The notes beneath the pieces are model-generated. The model searched no databases, had not been told where the DNA came from, and was given only the letters and a program-made list of their open reading frames with translations. From contig CAZUDV010000011.1 in NCBI GenBank assembly GCA_964619555.1, positions 38,971 to 102,970 on the forward strand: a stretch of DNA of 64,000 nt, given 5' to 3'. Below, one piece after another: positions 27,337 to 36,697 of the stretch. Each line of letters starts with the position of its first letter. Position 1 is the stretch's first letter. The stretch is from an uncultured Bacteroidales bacterium. Lineage in GTDB: Bacteria; Bacteroidota; Bacteroidia; Bacteroidales; JAGOPY01. The translations under genes were made by a program, and so were the position numbers.

Positions 27337-27441
27337 GTCCTGATTTGGGATTATATTTAAGGCGCTTTTATTGTTCAAAAATAGGATATTCCCAATTTAA
27401 AAACAAGCCCGGTTCTCTAAATATGTCAGCTTTCGAATGAA

Positions 27442-28293
27442 ATGAAAATCAGAGAATTGAAATCCAATATGATGGATGAGCTCAGTCATTTTTACCCTGA
27501 CCGGGAGGCAAATCACCTGGCGGATATTTTGCTGGAGTGGATTTCCGGAAAGCGACGGCAGGAGCTAATGGCGGAGACGGACCTGGAGCTCGGCAATGAC
27601 GCCGGGAGATCGATTGAACGTGCCCTGGATCAACTTCGGTTGTACAGGCCGGTTCAGTATATCACGGGTAAAAGCTGGTTTTATGATCTTGAGTTTTCAG
27701 TGAACGAAGACGTTCTGATACCCCGGCCGGAGACGGAGGAGTTGGTCGACTGGATTTTGAAAGATGATTTGACTGCCGGGAACCTGGAAATCCTGGATAT
27801 AGGCACCGGAAGCGGTTGCATAGCTGTGACCCTTGCCCGCCAACTCAAAGATTCCACTGTCACCGCTTTGGATAATTCGGCGGGAGCATTGAGAATGGCT
27901 GCAAAGAACGCTTCCGAACATGATGTTACTGTGAATTTTTTATTGAAAGATATTCTCGATCCGAACGATCGCCAAAGCCTGGAGGTATTCGATGTCATCG
28001 TCAGCAATCCTCCCTATGTCAGGGAACAGGAAAAGGCACTCATGAAACCGAATGTGCTGGACCACGAACCGGCTATGGCCTTGTTTGTTCCGGATGATGA
28101 CCCGTTGATTTACTACCGGGCAATCCTGGCCTTATCCGACGGCCATCTGAAAAGCGGGGGCAGGATTTATCTTGAGATCAATGAAAATTTCGGTGCCGGG
28201 ACTGCCAGTTTGTTCACGGAAAGTGGATTCGGCAAAGTCGACCTGAAGAAGGATATTCACGGCCGGGACCGGTTTATCAGGGCGAGCCGTTGA
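27442..28293 (+). CDS. prmC: Peptide chain release factor N5-glutamine methyltransferase
   Basis: 283 aa. SAM motif LDIGTGSGCIA and catalytic NPPY (VSNPPYV). Confidence 0.9.
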   Translation: MKIRELKSNMMDELSHFYPDREANHLADILLEWISGKRRQELMAETDLELGNDAGRSIERALDQLRLYRPVQYITGKSWFYDLEFSVNEDVLIPRPETEELVDWILKDDLTAGNLEILDIGTGSGCIAVTLARQLKDSTVTALDNSAGALRMAAKNASEHDVTVNFLLKDILDPNDRQSLEVFDVIVSNPPYVREQEKALMKPNVLDHEPAMALFVPDDDPLIYYRAILALSDGHLKSGGRIYLEINENFGAGTASLFTESGFGKVDLKKDIHGRDRFIRASR

Positions 28294-28296
28294 ACG

Positions 28297-29421
28297 CTAA
28301 TTCCCGTTGATGACCAGCCGTTGCACCGGGCTATCCGGTCGCAGTATCCGCAACAGGTCCCTGTAGCTTACGAATATCTCAACCGGTCCCAAAGCGAAAG
28401 GCGCCACTTCGTATTGATTATAATAGAACCCTATCCCGTCCTTGGTGACATAAAAATTATCGGTAGGATCCAGGAAATCGATGAAAAAGCCGGCATTGGT
28501 AAGCCCCTGGTTCCTTTCCAGCTTGTATTTTTTTCGGGCGGATGAATTGATGATATCTCGCAAATCATTCTTAAAGTCATCCCGGAATATTTCGTCCAGG
28601 GAGATGATATGGCCATCTTTCAGATTCAGCACCTGGAATTTGGAGAGCGACAGCCCATGGGCGCCGCCGGTAAAACCGTAATTGTAATATTCCAGGGATA
28701 GTACATCTTTATCATTGTGGAGTACCCTGATCTCTTTCCGCTTTATCCAGTCAAAGGAATTGGCCCCGTCCTGGTAAAGATCGGCATTGCTGTTGCGGTA
28801 ATTGTTGAAATACAGGTCCCTCAGAGCGGTCAGAAGGGCCCTCGGATTACCCGTATCTGGCTGATTTTCGAAAAAATGGTCGTAGATATTCTTTTTGACT
28901 GAATCGGCAACGGTCGGATCAGGGAATTCCCCCGGGATCAGCAGGCTGACTTCGAAGGTGGCCTTCGGATCGACCTTTTTTGGAAATAACTGTCCCGTTT
29001 CCAACATATAAAGAGCTGAAAACGGCATGGAGCCGTTTGCATACGATTCCTTCAGGTCGAGAGGCAACTGCTTTTTACCGTCCGATGACCTCCACGTTCC
29101 GATAACCGTGTCATTCTCGATAATCCCATGAAAAACAGCACCTTTAAGTTCAGGGTCATATTCCCTGAACTCGATATCGTTTTCCCTGATCGAACCAGAT
29201 ACCGGCATCGACTTGCCATAGTGTACCCAGGAAGTATCGCCGCTCCTGTCGTCGAAGTAATAATAATAATATCCGCTTAGTCTTTCTCCTGATTTGACGA
29301 GATCCACCACAATATGGATGTTAGCGCCTACCTTTCCTTCCAGGTGTTTATAAAAAGCCTCTTGTGAGTTCGAGCCTAAGGAGAATAAGATCAGTATGAT
29401 AGCAGTGAAAACCCTTGCCAT
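28297..29421 (-). CDS. Secreted DUF3298/DUF4163-like protein
   Basis: 374 aa with a signal peptide. YNYGFTGGAHG matches the motif I recall for the DUF3298 family. Confidence 0.65.
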   Translation of the reverse strand: MARVFTAIILILFSLGSNSQEAFYKHLEGKVGANIHIVVDLVKSGERLSGYYYYYFDDRSGDTSWVHYGKSMPVSGSIRENDIEFREYDPELKGAVFHGIIENDTVIGTWRSSDGKKQLPLDLKESYANGSMPFSALYMLETGQLFPKKVDPKATFEVSLLIPGEFPDPTVADSVKKNIYDHFFENQPDTGNPRALLTALRDLYFNNYRNSNADLYQDGANSFDWIKRKEIRVLHNDKDVLSLEYYNYGFTGGAHGLSLSKFQVLNLKDGHIISLDEIFRDDFKNDLRDIINSSARKKYKLERNQGLTNAGFFIDFLDPTDNFYVTKDGIGFYYNQYEVAPFALGPVEIFVSYRDLLRILRPDSPVQRLVINGN

Positions 29422-29562
29422 TTCCTTCCAATTTGGTCGGGATCAAAATTAAGCAGATTAAATCCAGGGATTTTATTTCAAAGAGTTATTTATCCTGTAA
29501 TTATCAACAGAAATCAAGCGATTTTGTTTCGCTGCGAAGGATATATTCAGGAGGGTAGATTT

Positions 29563-30717
29563 TTATTCGGCGCTGAACCGGTATATCGTGGTGTGCCTGT
29601 AAACACTTCCGGGGCGAAGGATGGCATCCGGAAATGAGGGTTGGTTGGGGGAATCGGGGAAATGCTGGGTTTCCAGGCAGAGGGCGTAATGTTGCAGGTA
29701 TGCTTTGCCACTTTTTCCGACCAATGAACCGTCCAGAAAATTCCCGGCATAAAACTGCATGCCCGGTTCAGTGGTCAGAACTTCCATAACCCGGCCTGAT
29801 CCGGGGTCCCTGACAGATGCGACGACGGCCAGTTTTCCATCATTATTCAGGACGAAATTATGATCATAACCCCCTTCGACCCGGCTGAAATCCGTTCCAA
29901 TAGCCTTGCCTTTCCTGAAATCGAATGGGGTTCCGGTGACGTCGCGCAGCTCTCCTGTAGGGATAAGGTTTTCATTGATGACCGTATACCGATCGGCATG
30001 GATCTGCAGGATCAGGTCCATAATGTCCCCATCGCCTTCTCCTTTCAGGTTAAAGTATCCATGATGGGTCAGGTTGACCGGAGTCGCCCGGTCTGTTTCC
30101 GCAAAATAATCCAGTTTAAACGCTCTATCGGGGAGCATACTGCAGATCACCCTTATCTTCAGATTGCCAGGATAACCTTCTTCTCCGTCCGGGCTCAGGT
30201 AAGTGAGCTCAATACCGGCTTCCTCCCCGTTCCGGTATTCCGACGCTTCCCAGACCACCTTGTCCAGGCCTTTGAGACCACCGTGCAGGTGATTTTCACC
30301 GTTGTTTACGGCCAGTTGATAGTCCTTGCCATCGATACTGAACTTTCCTCCTGCAATACGGTTGGCATAACGGCCCGCGAGGCAGCCGAAATAAGGGTGG
30401 CCATCGAGGTATGACTGCAGATTGTCAAATCCCAGGACGACATCCTCCAGGTTCCCGTTTCGGTCCGGAACGATCATACTGGTAACGATACCCCCGTAAT
30501 TGGTTATCCGGACGATCATTTTCCCGGGATTACTGATTTCAAAAAGGTAGATCTCTTTCCCGTCGAGGCTACCAAAACTGGATTTCGTTACCTGGATCAT
30601 CGTGTTATTGATTTTAGCTGGATGCCTTCTGACGTCTCCGGAATTGTGGCAACCTACAACCGTGATTACCAGGATGGACAGCATAAGGCAACGCAGCAGC
30701 GTGAGGGTATTCTTCAT
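29563..30717 (-). CDS. galM: Aldose 1-epimerase (galactose mutarotase), probable lipoprotein
   Basis: NRIAGGKFSIDGKDYQLAVNNGENHLHGG and HHGYFNL blocks. I prefer the ATG at 30717 (MKNTLTLL...VVGC lipobox) over the listed TTG at 30747. Confidence 0.9.
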   Translation of the reverse strand: MKNTLTLLRCLMLSILVITVVGCHNSGDVRRHPAKINNTMIQVTKSSFGSLDGKEIYLFEISNPGKMIVRITNYGGIVTSMIVPDRNGNLEDVVLGFDNLQSYLDGHPYFGCLAGRYANRIAGGKFSIDGKDYQLAVNNGENHLHGGLKGLDKVVWEASEYRNGEEAGIELTYLSPDGEEGYPGNLKIRVICSMLPDRAFKLDYFAETDRATPVNLTHHGYFNLKGEGDGDIMDLILQIHADRYTVINENLIPTGELRDVTGTPFDFRKGKAIGTDFSRVEGGYDHNFVLNNDGKLAVVASVRDPGSGRVMEVLTTEPGMQFYAGNFLDGSLVGKSGKAYLQHYALCLETQHFPDSPNQPSFPDAILRPGSVYRHTTIYRFSAE

Positions 30718-30890
30718 CCGGAGGATTTTGTTGTAAATATAAAACAATCTCCGGGGAAAATATTCATAACTATCGTCCGGTGTTAAGGAAATTCTTGAGA
30801 TATAATTTTAATTTTACGCTAGGAATTGTATCATAAGTTCAAACCATTCAGCAAGTTTTTAATTACCAGTTAAACATTAAAACCGAGATT

Positions 30891-32621
30891 ATGTCAGACA
30901 GCTTTCAACTTCACTGGATTGATTATGCAGTCATGATCATCTATTTTCTTTTTGTGTTGGGAATCGGATGGGCATTGAAGCGTTACATGAAAGATGCCAG
31001 GGCCTTCCTGGAAGCAGGAAGGTCGATGCCCGCCTGGGTGGCAGGACTGGCTTTCATTTCAACCAACCTCGGCGCACTGGAGGTTATGGGAATGACCGGG
31101 TCAGGCCTCAAATACGGGATGCTGACCACCCATTTTTACTGGGTGGGGGCTATCCCGGCGATGGTATTCCTTGCCCTTTTCATGATGCCGTTTTATTACG
31201 GATCCAAAGCCAGGTCCGTGCCGGAATACCTGAAACTCAGGTATGATGAAAAGACCCGGGGGCTCAATGCGATACTGTTTGCTATCATGACGATCCTGGC
31301 GTCCGGCATTTCCATGTATGCCCTTGCGATCCTGATGGAAAAAGTCCTGGGCTGGAATTTTCACCTGAGCCTGATCCTTTCCGCCGCCATCGTACTCGGG
31401 TATACCTACTTGGGAGGCTTGTCTTCAGCTATTTACAATGAGGTCCTGCAGTTCTTCATTATCGTCATCGGGTTGCTGCCTGTGGTTTTTCTGAGCTTAA
31501 AGGATGTGGGAGGATGGAACGGTTTACAGGAACAGCTGGCCCCGATTGCAACTGCCAAAGGTTTTGCACCGGATACCTGGACCACAACCTGGAAATACAC
31601 CGGTGACGCAGCCTCTAATCCCATGGGGGTGGAATGGTACAGCATCTTTGTCGGGCTGGGGTTCGTGCTGTCATTCGGCTACTGGTGCACGAATTTCCTG
31701 ATCGTACAGAGGGCCATGTCGGCCCACTCCACGGTTGCCGCCCGCAATACTCCGCTCATCGGGGCCCTGCCTAAGATGTTCATCCCGTTCCTGATCATAG
31801 TTCCGGGGATCATAGCCCTGGTTTTGATGAATACTCCCTCCAAGGGTTTTGAATTGCCGCTGAACGATGCCGGCCAGCCTATCTACGACTACACCATCAT
31901 CATGCTGTTGAAGCAGTATCTCCCTGCAGGCGTGCTTGGCCTTGGCATCACGGCCTTGCTGGCATCATTCATGTCAGGCATGGCCGGTAATGTCTCAGCA
32001 TTTAACACGGTCTGGACGTACGATATTTACCAGAGCTACATCCGGCCGGTCACGGGCAACAAAGATGCGGATGAAAAGCATTACCTGAAGGTTGGCCGTC
32101 TGGCCACGATCTTCGGGGTCGCGGTCAGTATTGCGGCGGCATACCTGGCCAGTTTGTTCGGCAATATCATGGATTTCCTGCAGACTATCTTCTCCATGAT
32201 CAACGCACCTTTGTTCGCGGTCATATTCCTCGGGATGTTCTGGAAACGTACCACGGGTCATGCCGCATTCACCGGGTTGCTGGCGGGATTCCTGATTGCC
32301 CTTTTCCACCACGGGATCACTTATCCCGCAGGCGCTGACACCCTGGTGAAAGGGGGCTGGATTGCCCACCTTCATGCCTATCCGGTGGAAATGGCGCAGA
32401 ATTTCTGGACCGCCATTTATGCCTGCGCTACCAGCGCCGTCGTTGCGGTCGGGCTGTCGCTTTTAACCAAACGGAATAAAACGGATGAGGAACTGAAGGG
32501 ACTGGTTTATTCACTGACCCCGCGCCATGTGGAATCTCACCTGGCCTGGTACCGCCGTTCCTCCACCCTGGCCCTGCTCGTGCTGGCCATTGCCACAGTG
32601 CTGACAATCCTGTTCTGGTAA
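30891..32621 (+). CDS. Sodium:solute symporter family transporter (SGLT-like sugar symporter)
   Basis: 576 aa with about 14 TM segments and typical SSF blocks (GRSMPAWVAGLAFISTNLGA, YLGGLSSAIYNEVLQ). Divergent from galM. Confidence 0.9.
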   Translation: MSDSFQLHWIDYAVMIIYFLFVLGIGWALKRYMKDARAFLEAGRSMPAWVAGLAFISTNLGALEVMGMTGSGLKYGMLTTHFYWVGAIPAMVFLALFMMPFYYGSKARSVPEYLKLRYDEKTRGLNAILFAIMTILASGISMYALAILMEKVLGWNFHLSLILSAAIVLGYTYLGGLSSAIYNEVLQFFIIVIGLLPVVFLSLKDVGGWNGLQEQLAPIATAKGFAPDTWTTTWKYTGDAASNPMGVEWYSIFVGLGFVLSFGYWCTNFLIVQRAMSAHSTVAARNTPLIGALPKMFIPFLIIVPGIIALVLMNTPSKGFELPLNDAGQPIYDYTIIMLLKQYLPAGVLGLGITALLASFMSGMAGNVSAFNTVWTYDIYQSYIRPVTGNKDADEKHYLKVGRLATIFGVAVSIAAAYLASLFGNIMDFLQTIFSMINAPLFAVIFLGMFWKRTTGHAAFTGLLAGFLIALFHHGITYPAGADTLVKGGWIAHLHAYPVEMAQNFWTAIYACATSAVVAVGLSLLTKRNKTDEELKGLVYSLTPRHVESHLAWYRRSSTLALLVLAIATVLTILFW

Positions 32622-32636
32622 AAATATTGAAGGTGG

Positions 32637-32670
32637 AAAATCGAAATTTGAAATTTGAAAATTGAAAATC
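32637..32670. repeat. Tandem heptamer-like array GAAATC GAAATTT GAAATTT GAAAATT GAAAATC, ending 2 nt before the ATG at 32673
   Basis: Read directly. It lies 15 nt after the symporter stop codon. Confidence 0.95.
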
Positions 32671-32672
32671 CT

Positions 32673-32876
32673 ATGGGTCTTGATATAAAACTTCCAATTG
32701 GCCTGATGTTCGGAATCCTTGGTTTGCTCCTGACCATCTATGGCCTGGCAACCGCTTCCGACTCGGAAATGTACATACGGTCACTGCATGTCAATATCAA
32801 TATTTGGGTCGGCGTCAGCATGCTGGTCTTTGGAGTGATCATGCTCTTGTTCGTTAAACGCACGAAGAAGAAGTGA
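32673..32876 (+). CDS. Small two-TM membrane protein (67 aa), hypothetical
   Basis: MGLDIKLPIGLMFGILGLLLTIYGL...IWVGVSMLVFGVIMLLFVKRTKKK has two hydrophobic helices and a basic tail. I prefer the ATG at 32673 over the listed TTG at 32655, which lies inside the repeat array. Confidence 0.5.
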   Translation: MGLDIKLPIGLMFGILGLLLTIYGLATASDSEMYIRSLHVNINIWVGVSMLVFGVIMLLFVKRTKKK

Positions 32877-34358
32877 TCATTCCGGCTGGATGAATTCATA
32901 AGCGCCGATATCAGGCTGGTCGGCGGGACGGGGCGTTTCAATGATATCCCGCCGGAGGTCGAAGAATGATCCGGTCACAACGGTCGGATTGCCCTGATCG
33001 ATCAATGGAGATAAAGTATCCAACTGGTAGTTGTTCTCCAGGTAGTTGACGAATACGGGATCTTGGTTGATCAGGCATTCCTTGTAAATTTCGGTATTCG
33101 AAACATCCAGCTGGGTTTGCAGGAGGCAATGATCAAAGGTATAGGAATACGGTGCACCACCATCGAACAGGTAAAGCATTTCTTCATCATTTCTTCCATA
33201 CAGGATATTATTACCGAAAAATCCCTGGAATTCAAAGGCATACACATTGTTATCCTCATCTTCAAAATAATTGTTCAGGACAATGGATGGGGTAACCCTG
33301 ACGGAGGAAGACCAGTAATTTGCAAAGGTACAATGCCTGACATCCAGGTAACCTCCCCAGGTGAAGGCTGCCAGGTATTGTCCGCAGTTGACGACCACAT
33401 TGTTATAGGCTGTCATGTTGTAGAACCTGGTGAGGATACCGTAACCGGTCATGTTCTCAATCCGTGTGTTTGAAAGCAACAGCTGGTTGCCCATCTGTTC
33501 CTGCAAGGTTTCCAGTTGCAGCCCAATGAAACCGTTGCGAATGACGGCATATTCAATTTCATTATTCACGCTGCCTTCGTTGATCCAGATCCTGTCCCAC
33601 TGGCCCGCCAGATCGTCGTAGAAACTTTCCAGCCTGTCGCCCTGGAACACGACCGGGGCATCCACGGTTCCTTTAACTTTTATATTTCCGCCTTTGTATA
33701 CCCACAGACCCGAATTATTATGGAAATGGATCTGTGTTCCCCTTTCGATCCGGAGCGAGCCGTTCGAGTCGACCACAGCAAAGCCGTATATTACGTATGG
33801 CCGGTCGGCAGTCCAGACCGTTTCCTCGAACTCGTGGGCAATGATCCTGAATTTCGGGTAGCCGGGTATATAGGTATCCGCCAGGATGTAATGCGCATTT
33901 TGACCCCAGGCAACCAGATTGACGTCCTGGGTGTTGCCATTTGTTTCAAATACGACCGAATCGCTCACGATGAACGGATTCCGCTGGTCATCCGGGTCTA
34001 TGGTTACCCTCAGGAAGATATAAGCACTGTCGTTTCCCTCAATTTCGAGGCCATTCACTTCAAAAGCCGCCTGTCCATCAACATTCATGCGGTAAAACGA
34101 CGATTCCCCGCCGGCCAGCCGGATGGAAGATATCTTTATCCGGTCGTTCGATGGATTATGAACCGTAAAATATTGAGTGGTCGAACCCAGGCTGGTGAAA
34201 ACCGTATCGAAGAAAACAGTGTCCTGCGAAAAATGCAATTTCAGGGATGGATCGTCATCTATCGGATCTTTCTGGCAGGAAGCAATGAAGATCAATGCCA
34301 TAACCGGAAATAAAAGCTTAAAAAGTGATCGTCGCTTATTTATTGGAAATCCCGGCAT
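32877..34358 (-). CDS. Hypothetical lipoprotein
   Basis: 493 aa. Signal plus lipobox LIFIASC. Repetitive beta-rich sequence. No family recognised with confidence. Confidence 0.65.
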   Translation of the reverse strand: MPGFPINKRRSLFKLLFPVMALIFIASCQKDPIDDDPSLKLHFSQDTVFFDTVFTSLGSTTQYFTVHNPSNDRIKISSIRLAGGESSFYRMNVDGQAAFEVNGLEIEGNDSAYIFLRVTIDPDDQRNPFIVSDSVVFETNGNTQDVNLVAWGQNAHYILADTYIPGYPKFRIIAHEFEETVWTADRPYVIYGFAVVDSNGSLRIERGTQIHFHNNSGLWVYKGGNIKVKGTVDAPVVFQGDRLESFYDDLAGQWDRIWINEGSVNNEIEYAVIRNGFIGLQLETLQEQMGNQLLLSNTRIENMTGYGILTRFYNMTAYNNVVVNCGQYLAAFTWGGYLDVRHCTFANYWSSSVRVTPSIVLNNYFEDEDNNVYAFEFQGFFGNNILYGRNDEEMLYLFDGGAPYSYTFDHCLLQTQLDVSNTEIYKECLINQDPVFVNYLENNYQLDTLSPLIDQGNPTVVTGSFFDLRRDIIETPRPADQPDIGAYEFIQPE

Positions 34359-34459
34359 AACTTGTTTCGTGAGCGCAAAATTAATAATCTTGGATAATAT
34401 ACGCCTTTTCGATTACTTTATTGCCTGTAATCAATATTCATCATTACTGTAATATTTGG

Positions 34460-34467
34460 ATAATTTT
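34460..34467 (+). promoter_or_regulatory. Candidate TAnnTTTG promoter motif (TAATTTTG)
   Basis: Read directly, 24 nt upstream of the ATG at 34491. Confidence 0.3.
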
Positions 34468-34490
34468 GCAGTTATTCAATAAACTAAATC

Positions 34491-35036
34491 ATGAGATCAG
34501 GGATTACCCTCCTTTGCCTGGTTATTTCCGGTTATTTGAATGTCTCGGTAGCCCAGGACACTACCCGACATTCCAGGCCCAAATTGAAACAGCATGAATT
34601 GCTCGAGCGATTTGATTTCGGCGGTTACCTGGGTGCCCAGTTCGGTGAGGTCACCCTGATCAATGTCTCGCCTTTGGTAGGTTTCAGGGTACTGGAAAAC
34701 TTCAATGTGGGCCTCGGATTTACATACCAGTATTACAATGACAACTATAACGATTATTCGTCGAGTGCATACGGGACCAATGTTTATGCCAGGTATTTCG
34801 TGTGGCGTGATCTGTTTGCACATGCGGAATATGCCCCTGTTTATTACAACAATGTATTCAATGGCACAGCTTATGAAGGGGCCTGGTTCCATGATGTCCT
34901 GCTGGGTGGGGGTTATCGGCAATGGATCGGCAACAAAGCCTTTGTGACCATGATGATCCTGTGGAACGTAAACGAACAGCTTTATTCCCCTTACCAGAAT
35001 CCGGTGATCCGGATCGGCTTCGGAACAGGAATATGA
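34491..35036 (+). CDS. Hypothetical secreted protein, possibly a small outer-membrane beta-barrel
   Basis: 181 aa with a signal peptide. Tyr/Gly/Asn-rich composition with alternating hydrophobicity. Confidence 0.55.
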   Translation: MRSGITLLCLVISGYLNVSVAQDTTRHSRPKLKQHELLERFDFGGYLGAQFGEVTLINVSPLVGFRVLENFNVGLGFTYQYYNDNYNDYSSSAYGTNVYARYFVWRDLFAHAEYAPVYYNNVFNGTAYEGAWFHDVLLGGGYRQWIGNKAFVTMMILWNVNEQLYSPYQNPVIRIGFGTGI

Positions 35037-35045
35037 GAAATTTTA

Positions 35046-35082
35046 AATTTTGGATTTTGAATGATGCATTTGATCCAAAATT
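35046..35082. terminator. Candidate bidirectional hairpin between convergent genes (AATTTTGGAT, 17-nt loop, ATCCAAAATT)
   Basis: Perfect 10-bp inverted repeat read directly. The stem is AT-rich, so stability is uncertain. Confidence 0.4.
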
Positions 35083-35095
35083 CTAAAATGAAATC

Positions 35096-36565
35096 TTAGA
35101 CTATTTTTTTGTCTCCTATTTTTTGAAGCAGATCCAGCGTGAGATCCCAGAATTTCTGGACAGTGTCGATTTCCAGTTTTTCCCCGGGGGAATGGGGGTT
35201 CCGGATGGTCGGGCCGTAGCTGATCATATCCATTCCAGGATATTTGTCGCCTATGAGGCCGCACTCCAGGCCGGCATGGATAGCACGTGCAATGGGTTTG
35301 TGGCCAAACAGTTTTTCGTAGGATTCCATTGCCAGGTCGAGGACTTTTGAATGCGGATCGGGTGTCCAGCCGGGATATCCGTCAGAATGGGAGATCTCAG
35401 CGCCCGTCAGGGCAAATACCGAAGCCACCATCTGGCAAACGTCATTTTTGGCCGATTCTATCGAGCTGCGCTGGCTGGTGGCAATCCGTACAAACCCGTT
35501 GTGCATTTTCACCGAAGCCAGGTTGGTGGAGGTTTCGACAAAATTGGGTATGTCCTGCGACCAGGCGATCACACCATGCGGGCAGGCATAGAGGGAATTC
35601 AGCAGTTTGTCCTGGGAAGCCTTGCTTAAAACGAAATCCGGAGAATGGCCGGGTTCCAGAGTTATTTTGAGTTCGGGTTCCGAAACCCTGAATTCGTTCC
35701 TTATGGAGGTGGAAAATTTAGTCGTGAAATCCTTCAGATCCGTGACTTTGGACTCAGGGACCATGAATAACCCGGTGGCTTCCCGGGCAATGGCATTTCG
35801 AAGGTTTCCGCCTTCAAATGTCGACACTTTGATGTTGAATTTCGCCGTTGCTTCCCATAGGTAGCGATTGAGGATCTTATTGGCATTCCCGCGGTTCTTA
35901 TGGATGTCATCACCTGAATGCCCTCCGGTGAGCCCTGAGACATGTATCTGAAATGTCAGATGGTGGCCGGGCACTGTATTTTTTTCAATTGGAAGCTCAA
36001 TGACTGTATCCTTGCCACCGGCACAGCCGATAAAGAATTCCCCGTCATCTTCCGAATCGAGGTTCAGGAGAATCCGGCTTTTCAGCAGGTCCGGTGCAAG
36101 CCCGAAGGCGCCTGTCAGGCCGGTCTCCTCATCGATCGTGAACAGGCACTCAATGGGCCCGTGCTGGATGTCTTTGGCTTCCAGGATGGCCAGCATGGTG
36201 GCCACCGCAATGCCGTTGTCGGCGCCCAGGGTAGTGCCCCGGGCTTTGATCCAGCCATCCTCGATATAAGCATCGATGGCATCCTTTTCGAAATCAAATA
36301 CCTTGTCGGAATCTTTTTCACAGACCATATCCACATGCCCTTGCAGGCAAACATAAGGGGCATTTTCCAGCCCGGCTGTCCCCGGTTTCCTGATGACTAT
36401 ATTGCCAACACTGTCACGGATGGTTTCCAGCTTTTTTTTCTGACCGAAATCCACCAGGTAGGCGATGATCTTTTCTTCCTTTTTCGACGGCCGGGGAATC
36501 TTCAGTATCTCCTGGAAATAAAACCAGAGCCTTTCGGGTTTAAGTTGAGAAATGGCGTTGTTCAT
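35096..36565 (-). CDS. pepD: Aminoacyl-histidine dipeptidase (M20C, PepD)
   Basis: 489 aa. N-terminus LWFYFQEILKIPRPSKKEEKI, then LQGHVDMV and LGADNGIAVA blocks as in PepD. Confidence 0.9.
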   Translation of the reverse strand: MNNAISQLKPERLWFYFQEILKIPRPSKKEEKIIAYLVDFGQKKKLETIRDSVGNIVIRKPGTAGLENAPYVCLQGHVDMVCEKDSDKVFDFEKDAIDAYIEDGWIKARGTTLGADNGIAVATMLAILEAKDIQHGPIECLFTIDEETGLTGAFGLAPDLLKSRILLNLDSEDDGEFFIGCAGGKDTVIELPIEKNTVPGHHLTFQIHVSGLTGGHSGDDIHKNRGNANKILNRYLWEATAKFNIKVSTFEGGNLRNAIAREATGLFMVPESKVTDLKDFTTKFSTSIRNEFRVSEPELKITLEPGHSPDFVLSKASQDKLLNSLYACPHGVIAWSQDIPNFVETSTNLASVKMHNGFVRIATSQRSSIESAKNDVCQMVASVFALTGAEISHSDGYPGWTPDPHSKVLDLAMESYEKLFGHKPIARAIHAGLECGLIGDKYPGMDMISYGPTIRNPHSPGEKLEIDTVQKFWDLTLDLLQKIGDKKIV

Positions 36566-36650
36566 AGGTTTGAGTTAATTAAAGAAACAAAGATATAAAT
36601 TCTGCTGATGTTTGAATTTTTTTATGTCAGATATCTTGACATTCTAGATA

Positions 36651-36658
36651 TATTTTTG
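36651..36658 (+). promoter_or_regulatory. Candidate TAnnTTTG promoter motif (TATTTTTG)
   Basis: Read directly, 40 nt upstream of the ATG at 36698. Confidence 0.3.
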
Positions 36659-36697
36659 TATTTTTAGCGATATTGTCTTACCCTAAAACGCCAGGTC

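Noticed and set aside
33516-34313. 265-aa plus-strand ORF antisense to the lipoprotein gene
   Set aside because: Shadow ORF. The minus-strand product has a proper signal and lipobox and an uninterrupted 493-aa frame.
35942-36598. 218-aa plus-strand ORF antisense to pepD. Similar antisense ORFs occur at 5219-5956, 8968-9648, 6617-7060 and 44819-45298.
   Set aside because: All are embedded in confidently assigned genes on the opposite strand, so I treated them as non-coding shadows.
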